A DNA stretch of 64,000 nt from Raoultibacter sp. (GCA_036651575.1 JAVVXN010000003.1:9766-73765), one strand, 5' to 3'; positions 38,060-47,356 are shown, counted from the first letter of the stretch. Numbers and translations: made by a program. The notes: generated by a model not told the origin, from the letters alone.

Positions 38060-39073
38060 ATGATCAATAACGTGTATCAGTTGGTTTCACCAAAAACCAT
38101 CGTCGTTAAATTCGAAGACATGATCACTGAAGGTAAAGTGCTGATTCGTCCTCGATATATGGCGCTCTGTCATGCCGATCAACGATATTTTCAGGGAAGG
38201 CGCGACCCTCGGGTGATGCGCCAGAAACTTCCCATGGCACTGATCCATGAATGCATGGGAGAAGTCGTCTCCGATGCTTCCGGCACGTTTTCGCTTGGCG
38301 AAAACGTGGTGATGATTCCCAATGTTGCCGGCCGCGCTGACGAAGGCCTCTATGAAAATTATTCGGAGGGATCGGGCTTTCTGTCCAGCGGGCGAGATGG
38401 CTTCATGCGTGAACTGGTAAACCTCTGTTCTGACCGGGTTGTTTCTTGTACGGGAATCGACCCCCGGGTTGCTGCGATCACTGAATTTGTGAGCGTGACA
38501 GCCCATGCGGCCAGTCGTTTTGAGGCCGCAGCTCATCCGAGAAAAGAGCGCATAGCGATCATCGGTGATGGGTCGTTGGCGTATGTCATGGCCTGTATGC
38601 TCTCCGCCCTGTATCCGTTGAGCGCCTTGATCGTTGTCGGTCGCAATCAGGAAAAACTCAACCTGTTTTCCTTTGTCTCGGAACGCTATCTCACCGATGC
38701 GCTGCCCGATGATTTACATTTTGATCATGCTTTCGAGTGTGCCGGTGGGGAGGGATCGATGGCGGCGATCGATACGGTTATTTCCCGCATCAATCCACAG
38801 GGTGTGCTCATGTTGCTTGGGGTCAGCGAACAATCTGTCCCTATTTTTACCCGTAACGTACTCGAAAAAGGCATGACTTTGATTGGCTGTTCGCGTTCGG
38901 GCCGAAAAGATTTTGAGACAGCACTTTCTGTTATGAGGAAATCTGACATCCAGCAGCGGTTGAAACAGATCATTTTCGTTGACGCGCCCGTTCGCGATGT
39001 TAAAGATATCAAACGCGCATTCGCAACCGATCTGCAGACGCCTTTTAAGACGGTCTTTGGGTGGGATATGTAA
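38060..39073 (+). CDS. tarJ: ribulose-5-phosphate reductase (MDR/zinc-ADH family, TarJ-like)
   Basis: 'IRPRYMALCHADQRYFQG' and 'IIGDGSLAY' Rossmann motif, immediately after tarI. Confidence 0.75.
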   Translation: MINNVYQLVSPKTIVVKFEDMITEGKVLIRPRYMALCHADQRYFQGRRDPRVMRQKLPMALIHECMGEVVSDASGTFSLGENVVMIPNVAGRADEGLYENYSEGSGFLSSGRDGFMRELVNLCSDRVVSCTGIDPRVAAITEFVSVTAHAASRFEAAAHPRKERIAIIGDGSLAYVMACMLSALYPLSALIVVGRNQEKLNLFSFVSERYLTDALPDDLHFDHAFECAGGEGSMAAIDTVISRINPQGVLMLLGVSEQSVPIFTRNVLEKGMTLIGCSRSGRKDFETALSVMRKSDIQQRLKQIIFVDAPVRDVKDIKRAFATDLQTPFKTVFGWDM

Positions 39074-40788
39074 TGGCGAAAGTCGCGACTTCGCCCTTGG
39101 ATCTTTCCGTTCACTCCCTTCTGGGTGTTGTTTTCGGCGTATCTTTCCCTGGTTCTATCGTGCTTTTTGCAACGGGTATGTGCTTCCAGGATTTTACGGT
39201 TGCTTTGGTGGGGGTGCTGGCTCTTTGGGCATCCAATATGCTCTACGCGTGTCTTGATGTGAAGAATCGGTTGCTGTTGCTTTTTTGCCATATGGGTATA
39301 GCTTTGTTTTTGCTATCTCGTCCCTTCGTGGCTCTTTTTGACCCCCGTCGCGGATGGCTTCTTTCGAGCGTTGAGACGACGAATTTTGCCCTTTGGGCAA
39401 TTTTTCTTGCGCTCTTTTTTCTGTGTGCAGGAACTGCCGTGTACGAATTGATGAGTAAGGGCAACGCGCGGTGGTATCGGCAAAAAAAGGGGCTTTTCAA
39501 GAAAAAAATTCAGCCATCGCCTTCCATAAACCCTCTTATAAAGGTGCAAAAGCTTTCGAAAAGCGAGCGGATAGCGTGCATTCGCACGGCTGCATTGGTC
39601 TGCTTTTTGGTGTGCCTTGTCGGTTCGTTGATCTTGGGTTATCAGAAGCTTTCCTATATGCAGGGCTTGCGCTACGAAGAGTATTACCTCATCAATGTTG
39701 ACGAGCACTCGTCGTGGATCATCACGACTTTGAGCGTGATGACGCCCTACCTGCTCTGTGCCTATCTCGCAACACTTCCCAAGCGTCGACCCACGATGAT
39801 CTGTCTCGTCTTCTATATTATTACGACGATTCCGATGCTGATCATCGGCTCTCGGAATGATTTTGTGCTCGCTGTTTTGTTCTCGCTGCTCTATTTTGTG
39901 CTTCGCAATGTTATCGATGACGAGAAGTGGATTGGACGAAAAGAAGCTATTGTTATCTTGGTGGGCATCCCTATCGGAGTTTTCTTTATGGGTCTTTTGA
40001 CCTACGTCAGAGCCGGGGGAGGAACGACTCCCGATGGGTTTATTGCGCAGATAGTTGACGCTTTCTATAAGCAGGGAGTGACCTTTACTGTCTTGGGGCG
40101 CGGCTACGATGTCAATCCTCAAATTCAAGATCTTGGTTTTAAATTTTTCACTCTCGGATCGCTTATTTCGAATATAACGCAGGGATTTATTGGTCAAACG
40201 TTTCTTGGCTTCACTGATTTGGGTTCGATAAACAGTGCCGAATTGGCCTTGCACGGCAATGCTTACGCGCATACGATGTCCTTTTTTGCTCATTCCAATT
40301 ATCTGGGAGGGGAGGGATACGGTTCCTCGTTTGTCCTGGAAGCCTATGCTGATTTTGGATATGCCGGCATTGCGGTGATCAGCTTTTTGTTGGGTCTTTG
40401 TTTTGCGGGGCTTTCGCGGGCAATCGGGAAAACTTGGTTTATGGGAATGGTAGCCCTCATGTCTCTTTTCGGAGCCTTTCACATGGCGCGCGGTTCCGCA
40501 ATGGAATGGATCGAGTTCATTTGGAGCACACGGTTTTGGTTTGCGATGGCTTTTTTGGCGGTCGTCTTTGTGTGCTTCGTTCTTCTGAGAGGTTATACGA
40601 CAAAAACAGCTCCTTCGGTAAAGATGAGCATCGCGACTTTACCGAGTTTATCTGGGTCAACCCGTTCTTCAATGCTTGATTGCATATCGGTGGCTGGGTT
40701 GAACGAGAATGCTTTGGAGTGTTGTAATAAATATGGTATGCCTGTGGTTGGGTGTCAACAGCCCAAGCGCAAGCGGAAACGAAATTGA
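39073..40788 (+). CDS. wzy: Wzy-type polysaccharide polymerase
   Basis: 571 aa, more than 10 TM helices, with a large loop late in the protein. ATG 39073 overlaps the tarJ stop (TAATG). There are no soluble-enzyme motifs. Confidence 0.65.
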   Translation: MAKVATSPLDLSVHSLLGVVFGVSFPGSIVLFATGMCFQDFTVALVGVLALWASNMLYACLDVKNRLLLLFCHMGIALFLLSRPFVALFDPRRGWLLSSVETTNFALWAIFLALFFLCAGTAVYELMSKGNARWYRQKKGLFKKKIQPSPSINPLIKVQKLSKSERIACIRTAALVCFLVCLVGSLILGYQKLSYMQGLRYEEYYLINVDEHSSWIITTLSVMTPYLLCAYLATLPKRRPTMICLVFYIITTIPMLIIGSRNDFVLAVLFSLLYFVLRNVIDDEKWIGRKEAIVILVGIPIGVFFMGLLTYVRAGGGTTPDGFIAQIVDAFYKQGVTFTVLGRGYDVNPQIQDLGFKFFTLGSLISNITQGFIGQTFLGFTDLGSINSAELALHGNAYAHTMSFFAHSNYLGGEGYGSSFVLEAYADFGYAGIAVISFLLGLCFAGLSRAIGKTWFMGMVALMSLFGAFHMARGSAMEWIEFIWSTRFWFAMAFLAVVFVCFVLLRGYTTKTAPSVKMSIATLPSLSGSTRSSMLDCISVAGLNENALECCNKYGMPVVGCQQPKRKRKRN

Positions 40789-40797
40789 GGTATCTCT

Positions 40798-41874
40798 ATG
40801 TTTGATTTTGTAGCAATATTCGAAAGCATTAAACGTCATTGGATGTGGGTTCTTCTCGTTACGGCGCTGTGCGTTTGTACGGGTGCGGCTTTGTCGTTGG
40901 TAAAGGATGGCTCCATTGAGACCGAGCCTCAATACACGGCAGAGGCAACGCTGTATTTTAATGCCTATGCCTCCGATGCCGTGGAGGATTTCAACTATCG
41001 CGTTGACGATAATCTGCTTGCAACCGACGTGCGTCGTGCGGTAATCAGTAAAGAAGTTGCTGGTGAAGTACGTAATAAGCTTGGTGAAGAAGTGAAGATT
41101 TCCTCGCCGTTCTGGATCAATGAAAAGACAAACGGGAATTTTGCGACGCGTTTTATCTTTGTTGATGCAACGGCAAACAATGCTGATTTGGCCGTAGAGG
41201 CCGCAAACCTTGCTGCAGAGAAAACGGTACAAGTGGTAAGGGATACTCTGCCGGTAACGAAGGTCGAGATTACGAGCCCTGCGTCGTTGAAGGTCACGGG
41301 TTTGAATAAGGCTGCCGATTTTGGAACAGAAAAGATTGTCACCAGCAGTGTCGATGCGCCCGTAACCGCTGGTTCGGGAGTGAGTTTGAAAAATATCTTG
41401 ATATATGGATTCGCTGGGCTGTTTGTGTCGGTTCTTGCGTTTGTCTTGTACGATATCATTTCGCGAAAAATTCGTTCTCCGCATGATATCGAACGACTTC
41501 TCGATGTTCCGGTAATTGCGGTGTGTTCGGGAGTCGACGATGCTGATCTCGTCGGGGAAGATATTCGCGTTTTGTTGCGTAACAATGAGCTCGATACGAT
41601 GATCGTGGTAGGGTTTGCTTCGCAGGATGAGCCTGAACAATGGGCGCTTCGCCTTAAGTCTTGTATGGGGGACATGGTTGTTGGTGGCGTTGTGGCACCT
41701 CTAGCCGGTTCGGTTGCCCGCATTGCGGAAGCTTCGAGTGTGGTGCTTTCCGTGCGACAGGGTGCTGCGACCGGTTCTGAAATTCGTCGAGCGATTGAGA
41801 AGCTCAAGATTGCAGGAACACCTATCTTGGGTGCGGTGTTCGTTGCGAAACAAAAGCGTTCGAAGAAAGGATAG
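40798..41874 (+). CDS. Wzz/CpsC-like chain-length regulator fused to a short degenerate BY-kinase-like domain
   Basis: TM1 'WMWVLLVTALCVCTGAALSLV', a ~170-aa external loop, TM2 'ILIYGFAGLFVSVLAFVLYDII', then 'PHDIERLLDVPVIAV'. A P-loop-like fold follows with no GxxxxGK(S/T) ('MIVVGFASQDEPEQW'). Confidence 0.65.
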   Translation: MFDFVAIFESIKRHWMWVLLVTALCVCTGAALSLVKDGSIETEPQYTAEATLYFNAYASDAVEDFNYRVDDNLLATDVRRAVISKEVAGEVRNKLGEEVKISSPFWINEKTNGNFATRFIFVDATANNADLAVEAANLAAEKTVQVVRDTLPVTKVEITSPASLKVTGLNKAADFGTEKIVTSSVDAPVTAGSGVSLKNILIYGFAGLFVSVLAFVLYDIISRKIRSPHDIERLLDVPVIAVCSGVDDADLVGEDIRVLLRNNELDTMIVVGFASQDEPEQWALRLKSCMGDMVVGGVVAPLAGSVARIAEASSVVLSVRQGAATGSEIRRAIEKLKIAGTPILGAVFVAKQKRSKKG

Positions 41875-41902
41875 GTGCGCCTTTTAGGGTTGTCGTGTCA
41901 CT

Positions 41903-42727
41903 ATGGATTCCTTAGATAAAAAGCGAGAATACTTGACCCTGCAACAGCTTCAGTCTGTTGCGCTTGAGTTGCTCCTTGATTTTGACGCTTTCTGTAAGGG
42001 TCATGGGGTTTCCTATGCCTTGTGCGGGGGCTCTATGTTGGGAGCTGCTCGGCATCAGGGTTTTATTCCTTGGGATGACGACATTGATGTGATGCTGCTT
42101 CGCTCCGAGTACGACAAACTTCTTTCGCTGGCACCCGAGGCATCTCTTGACGGTAACCATGCGCTCGTTTCCGTTCGTGATAAAACCTTTGCGCGTGATT
42201 ATGCGCGCTATATTCGTAAGGATTTTGGGAAAGAAGAAGACGAAACGACAGAGGAAGATTGTCCCTGGATTGGTGTCGATATATTTCCGATAGATTTCAT
42301 ATCGGATAGTGATGAGCTGTTTGTGCGGCAATTGCGCGATCGACGTTTTTGGCACGAACTGGTGGTGACGTGCTCTTCTCCTTTCAATGCGGGAAGTACG
42401 TTTGTGAAGAAATGGGTGCGAAACATCATTCGTCCTTTTGCCTTTGCTTACGGTCGTTTTCGTGCGGCGGAAAAAAGTGAGGCGATCTGCAAGCGATTTA
42501 ACGATTCTCCGGGTCGTGATATCGCTATCGTGTGCGGAATGTACGGCACGAAAGAGCGCTGGTCGTCTTCGGGATATCAGCCATTGATCGAGGTGCCCTT
42601 CGAGGGGCACCTACTTCCCGCCCCACATGATTTCGACGCGTATCTTTCGGCAATCTATGGCGACTATATGCAGCTCCCTCCTGAAAACAAAAGGAAGCCA
42701 TCGCATATCCGAGCGTGGAAGCTATGA
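41903..42727 (+). CDS. licD: LicD family phosphotransferase (copy 2)
   Basis: '[33 protein letters not shown]'. Confidence 0.85.
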   Translation: MDSLDKKREYLTLQQLQSVALELLLDFDAFCKGHGVSYALCGGSMLGAARHQGFIPWDDDIDVMLLRSEYDKLLSLAPEASLDGNHALVSVRDKTFARDYARYIRKDFGKEEDETTEEDCPWIGVDIFPIDFISDSDELFVRQLRDRRFWHELVVTCSSPFNAGSTFVKKWVRNIIRPFAFAYGRFRAAEKSEAICKRFNDSPGRDIAIVCGMYGTKERWSSSGYQPLIEVPFEGHLLPAPHDFDAYLSAIYGDYMQLPPENKRKPSHIRAWKL

Positions 42728-42754
42728 TGAAGCTTACTATCTAGGAGGCAGTTT

Positions 42755-43834
42755 ATGTTGAATTTTACTGTCGGTCCCGTTCAGATGCGCGAAGAAGTGC
42801 GTATGATGGCGGCCGATCAGATACCGTATTTTCGTACCCCTGAGTTTTCTCAAACCATGGTTGAAAACGAAGCCCTTTTTCTCAAATTTGCTTTTGCTCC
42901 CGCCGACTCGCGTGCTGTTTTTTTAACGGGATCGGGCACGGCGGGTATGGAAGCGAGCGTCATTAATACGTTGACTTCGGAAGATAAGGTGCTTGTCGTA
43001 AATGGCGGCAGCTTCGGGCAGCGTTTTGTGCGTCTGTGTGAAATTCATAAAATTCCCTGTTCGGTCATTGAGTTGGGTTTTGGCACGCCGCTTGTCGAAT
43101 CCGATTTGTCTGCCTATGAGGGCCAGGGCTATACGGCCTTTTTAGTCAACCTCGATGAAACATCTACGGGGGTGCTCTACGATCTTGCCTTGATTCATGA
43201 TTTTTGCCGCCGCAATGCTCTTTTCTTGATTGTTGATGCCATCAGCGCGTTTCTCGCTGATCCCATCGATATGGCCGCCTATGAAATCGACGTTATGATT
43301 GCCGGTTCGCAAAAGGCCTTAGCGGTTGCTCCCGGAGTTTCTGTGCTGGCCTTATCTCCTGTCGCACAGCAGCGTATTGCGGCTATCGATTCGGGGTGTC
43401 TCTACCTGGATTTAGAAAGCGCTCTTCACGATGGGGAACGCGGCCAAACACCCTTTACGCCGGCCGTCGGTATTTTGCAGCAAATCAATAGGCGGTTGCA
43501 GCAAATTGACCGATTGGGAGTCGCTGCCGAAATCGAGCGAGTGGCTTTGCAGGCGCGTGACTTCAGGGATCGCATTGCCGTTTTGCCGTTTGAGCTGTTC
43601 TCGAAAGCTCCCACCAACGCGGTTACCGCTCTTTACTCCAAAGACCGGCTTGCAAAAACAATATTTTCCGTTCTGAAGGATGAATATGGTATGTGGGTCT
43701 GTCCGAATGGCGGCGCGCTTGCCGAAACGGTTTTCCGTGTCGGTCATATTGGTGATTTGACTTCAGCGGACAATGAAACACTCGTTGCGGCCTTGCTCGA
43801 TATGCAAGATCGTGGTTTTTTGGAGGGTCGATAA
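42755..43834 (+). CDS. class V (AGXT/SPT-like) PLP-dependent aminotransferase-fold protein
   Basis: 'FTVGPVQM', 'FLTGSGTAGMEA', 'VDAISAF' and 'IAGSQKALAVAPG', the last carrying the S-x-K PLP-lysine motif. Confidence 0.8.
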   Translation: MLNFTVGPVQMREEVRMMAADQIPYFRTPEFSQTMVENEALFLKFAFAPADSRAVFLTGSGTAGMEASVINTLTSEDKVLVVNGGSFGQRFVRLCEIHKIPCSVIELGFGTPLVESDLSAYEGQGYTAFLVNLDETSTGVLYDLALIHDFCRRNALFLIVDAISAFLADPIDMAAYEIDVMIAGSQKALAVAPGVSVLALSPVAQQRIAAIDSGCLYLDLESALHDGERGQTPFTPAVGILQQINRRLQQIDRLGVAAEIERVALQARDFRDRIAVLPFELFSKAPTNAVTALYSKDRLAKTIFSVLKDEYGMWVCPNGGALAETVFRVGHIGDLTSADNETLVAALLDMQDRGFLEGR

Positions 43835-45220
43835 ATGCTTGGCGGAAAAAAAGTCGTCATTACCTACGGTACCTATGATTTGCTTCATTTTGGGCACATT
43901 GCGCTGCTTAAGCGCGCTAAAGCGCTTGGCGATTACCTCATTGTCGGAGTGACTTCCGACGCGTTTGATAAGACTCGCGGCAAGCTCAACGTGTCGCAGC
44001 CGCTCGCTGAGCGGTTGCGGGCCATTCAGGATACAGGAATTGTCGACAAGATCGTTGTCGAGGAGTATCAGGGTCAAAAGATTGCCGATATTAAAAAATA
44101 CGGTGTTGATGTTTTTACGGTTGGGTCCGACTGGGAGGGAAAATTCGATTATCTCAATAAGTATTGCGAAGTCGTCTATCTTGAACGAACCCGGGGTGTT
44201 TCAAGTACCGAGTTGCGTACGGATCGGATAAAACCTCTGGCGTTGGGCTGCGTGGGCTCCGATTACCTTGTGGAGCGATTTTTGCGCGAATCCCAGCATG
44301 TGGGAGGAGTCAGCGTCACTCACGGATTTTCACGGGGTTCAGACGAAGATTTTTGCGCACGCAATGGTCTCGTATCTGCCGCCTCTTTCTCGGAGTTGTG
44401 CGCCGTGGTTGATGCGGTCTATATTTCAGAACCGATTGATCGACGGTATGCGTGTATTGAGACGGCCCTTGAGGCGGGTTGTCATGTTTTGTGCGAGAGC
44501 CCTCTGTTTTTGAGCGAACAGGAAGGCCGAGATCTTTGCAATTTGGCTGCTCGCAATAACCTGGTGCTCATGGAAGCGGTCAAGACGCTCTACCTTCCCG
44601 CTTTTCAGCATCTTAAGCTTTTGCTCGAGAGCGGGGTTATCGGTGAAGTGAAAGATATCGATGCTTCGTTTAGCCATGTGTTTGAGGGGCTTGATAAAAG
44701 GGACCGCTATCAGGGGAGCTTTTATGACATGGCTTCCTATATCACGCTGCCTGCCATTGCGTTTCTGGGAAGTGAATACGTGCGTGCTGATTTCGCCTGC
44801 AGCTACGACGGTCAGTTTTGTACGTGGGCGAAGTGCGCGATGCTCTATGCGTCCGCATCGGCAACCTTGCGGGTTGGTAGGGGCGTTAAAACCGAAGGGG
44901 ATCTGGTTATCACCGGGACGGAAGGGTATGTATACGTTCCCGCTCCCTGGTGGAAAACGGAGTATTTCGAAGTGAGGATGGAAGATCTTCGCAACACGAA
45001 AAAGTACTTTTACGGTTACGCCGGTGAAGGACAACGCTATGAGTTGTTCGAATTTGTGCGTCTTATCAACTCTCAACCCGAAGAGCGTTTGCCCATGCAG
45101 AAAGAGGAAGAGGTTTTGGCGGTCGCTCGCCTGGTCGAACAATTCGACGCGGGTGATGTGGCAGTTCTTGCTGCGGGAGAATATCATTTCGGTGGCGGGG
45201 AAAGCGTTGTCGATCGATGA
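43835..45220 (+). CDS. fusion of a TagD-like cytidylyltransferase (N-terminal) and a Gfo/Idh/MocA-like oxidoreductase (C-terminal)
   Basis: Residues 1-~130 carry 'ITYGTYDLLHFGH', 'GSDWEGKFDYL' and 'RTRGVSSTELR', a close match to B. subtilis TagD. Residues ~135-461 carry 'LGCVGSDY..' and 'GCHVLCESPL', the Gfo/Idh/MocA pattern. It is a single ORF. Confidence 0.85.
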   Translation: MLGGKKVVITYGTYDLLHFGHIALLKRAKALGDYLIVGVTSDAFDKTRGKLNVSQPLAERLRAIQDTGIVDKIVVEEYQGQKIADIKKYGVDVFTVGSDWEGKFDYLNKYCEVVYLERTRGVSSTELRTDRIKPLALGCVGSDYLVERFLRESQHVGGVSVTHGFSRGSDEDFCARNGLVSAASFSELCAVVDAVYISEPIDRRYACIETALEAGCHVLCESPLFLSEQEGRDLCNLAARNNLVLMEAVKTLYLPAFQHLKLLLESGVIGEVKDIDASFSHVFEGLDKRDRYQGSFYDMASYITLPAIAFLGSEYVRADFACSYDGQFCTWAKCAMLYASASATLRVGRGVKTEGDLVITGTEGYVYVPAPWWKTEYFEVRMEDLRNTKKYFYGYAGEGQRYELFEFVRLINSQPEERLPMQKEEEVLAVARLVEQFDAGDVAVLAAGEYHFGGGESVVDR

Positions 45221-46194
45221 ATCCCCTCGTGTCTATTGTTGTGCCTGTCTACAATGTTGAAACGTATCTGGATGCCTGTGTTTCCTCTCTGGTTGAGCAG
45301 GACCTGAAAGATATTGAAATACTGCTGGTAGACGATGGTTCCACCGATGCCAGTTCTCGTCTGTGCGACGCTTGGGCGCAGCGTGACGATCGTATCAAAG
45401 TTATCCATAAGGAAAACGGCGGGCTCAGCGACGCCCGCAACGTTGGTGTTACTGCCGCCTGTGCGCCCTATGTCGGTTTTGTCGACAGCGATGATCGTGT
45501 CACCCCGACGATGTATCAAGTGCTCTACGAAAATCTCAAAAGAGAACAGGCCGATATTTCTATATGCGGTGTTTTTAGCTGCTATGCAGATAAAATAATC
45601 GAACCCGAGAGCTGCGATTATTTTACGGTGGATAACGTTGAAGCCATGCGGGAAATTCTTGGCGGAAAAAGACTTCGAGTGTGGGTGCCGGTAAAGCTTT
45701 ATCCGACAAACGTGATGAGGGAAACCCCTTTTCCGGTGGGAAGAACCTACGAAGACGCCTTTCGCGTCGTCGATATCTTTTCCAAGGTCAAAAATGTTGT
45801 TGTCGATCTGCGGCCGCAATACTACTACTGGCATCATGAGGGAACGATTTCGTCAGCTGCCTTCAACGAGAAGACACTTGATATTATCGATGCGTACGAA
45901 CATTGCCATGAAGTGGTTATGCGGGATTATCCCGAGTTGGAAACCGAAGCTCGGTTCCGTTGCTTTTGGTCACGCTTCGAAGTTTTGGATAAAATTCTCG
46001 TCTCCGAACAACGGGGAAAAACCGAAGCAGAACGCCATATCGTTACCTATTTGCGTAAGCACTGGTATTCCATTTTGAAAAATCCCTATTTTGGTGTTGC
46101 GCGAAAACTGGCGTTTTGCGCCCTGCTAATCAATAGGCGCCTGTATGGCGTCCTCGCGCGTTTTCAGGCGAATCGATATGCTTCCAATGCGTAA
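45217..46194 (+). CDS. GT2 glycosyltransferase
   Basis: 'VSIVVPVYNVETYL', 'LLVDDGSTDAS' and 'VDSDD'. ATG overlaps the upstream stop (ATGA). Confidence 0.85.
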   Translation: MNPLVSIVVPVYNVETYLDACVSSLVEQDLKDIEILLVDDGSTDASSRLCDAWAQRDDRIKVIHKENGGLSDARNVGVTAACAPYVGFVDSDDRVTPTMYQVLYENLKREQADISICGVFSCYADKIIEPESCDYFTVDNVEAMREILGGKRLRVWVPVKLYPTNVMRETPFPVGRTYEDAFRVVDIFSKVKNVVVDLRPQYYYWHHEGTISSAAFNEKTLDIIDAYEHCHEVVMRDYPELETEARFRCFWSRFEVLDKILVSEQRGKTEAERHIVTYLRKHWYSILKNPYFGVARKLAFCALLINRRLYGVLARFQANRYASNA

Positions 46195-46210
46195 AAGAGA
46201 GGAGTGTGAC

Positions 46211-47308
46211 GTGAAAAAAAGCATAGCGTTTCTTGTTCCCTCTTTGGGCGACATGGGGGGATCGGTGCGCGTCGCCACGCAGCTTGCCAACGCGTTGTGT
46301 GAGCGCTATGAAACGATGATCATCAGTTGCGCCAAATTTGATCAAGCGGCTTTTTATCTCAAGGAAAACATCGAGACGTTTTCTCTCGACGTGCAGGGAA
46401 AAAGAGTGCGTGAAAAAGTTCAAGAAGCAAAAGAGCCGCTCACCGCGCTGCTCGTCCATAAAAAACCTGATATTTTATTCGGTATTGGAACCTATGAAAC
46501 GCTTATGGCAATTCGGCCAGCCCGATCGACGAAAACAAAACTGGTGTTTTGCGATCACGGTGCTCTCATCAACCAGTGGGACGATAAACAGATGCGCGCC
46601 ATCCGCTTACTCGATGCGCTTTTCTCGTCAAAAACGGTTACGCTGACGCATCGAAGTCTCGAAGATTATCGGTCGCGCCTGCACGTTTCCCGCAAGAAGC
46701 TGATTTGTATCCCCAATTGGGTTTCCCATGAGTTGCTTGACGCCCGTCGTCCCTATCACGTTGCTGCAAAGAAGCTTTTATGGGCCGGCAGGCTCGATCG
46801 GGAAAAGGGTGTTGATCATCTGGTTGAAATTGCGGCGCGCGTCTTGCCGCGCCATCCCGATTGGACGTGGGATGTTTTTGGGGAAGTCGTTGCGGGAAAT
46901 GAATTTGATATTGCTGAAGAAATTGCTCGAAGGGGGATTGCGGATCAAGTGCGGCTCATGGGCAAGGTCGATAATCTCTACCAGCTTTATTCCGAGTACG
47001 CCGTTGTTACTCTGACATCGTATCGCGAAGGTCTTCCTTTGGTGCTGCTTGAGGGAAAGGCCTGCGCTCTGCCCCTGATTTCATTTGACGTCAATACCGG
47101 CCCTTCAGATATCATCGAAGACGGTGTCGACGGATTTTTGGTGCCGTGCTACGACCGGGATGTTTACGCCAAAAAGCTTGACGCTCTCATGTCTGATGAG
47201 AGCCTTCGCGTTCGTATGTCGCAGGCTTCGCAAAAGGGTATTGCTCGCTTTTGCGAGGATGCTATCTACGTGCAATGGGAAAATCTTATTGAGGGGCTGG
47301 TGTCGTAA
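46211..47308 (+). CDS. GT4 (GT-B) glycosyltransferase
   Basis: 'TSYREGLPLVLLEGKACALPLISFDVNTGPSDII' (EX7E region). GTG 46211 follows the RBS 'GAGAGGAG'. Confidence 0.85.
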   Translation: MKKSIAFLVPSLGDMGGSVRVATQLANALCERYETMIISCAKFDQAAFYLKENIETFSLDVQGKRVREKVQEAKEPLTALLVHKKPDILFGIGTYETLMAIRPARSTKTKLVFCDHGALINQWDDKQMRAIRLLDALFSSKTVTLTHRSLEDYRSRLHVSRKKLICIPNWVSHELLDARRPYHVAAKKLLWAGRLDREKGVDHLVEIAARVLPRHPDWTWDVFGEVVAGNEFDIAEEIARRGIADQVRLMGKVDNLYQLYSEYAVVTLTSYREGLPLVLLEGKACALPLISFDVNTGPSDIIEDGVDGFLVPCYDRDVYAKKLDALMSDESLRVRMSQASQKGIARFCEDAIYVQWENLIEGLVS

Positions 47309-47356
47309 TATGCTTCTCGTTTCACCGCTACTATCACTGAGCCTGCGGGGTGTCTG

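Noticed and set aside
42755-45220. A phosphonate (2-aminoethylphosphonate) decoration pathway, suggested by the combination of aminotransferase, cytidylyltransferase and LicD.
   Set aside because: - No PEP mutase or phosphonopyruvate decarboxylase is present in the window.
- The aminotransferase N-terminus looks AGXT-like rather than PhnW-like.
- The cytidylyltransferase is TagD-type.
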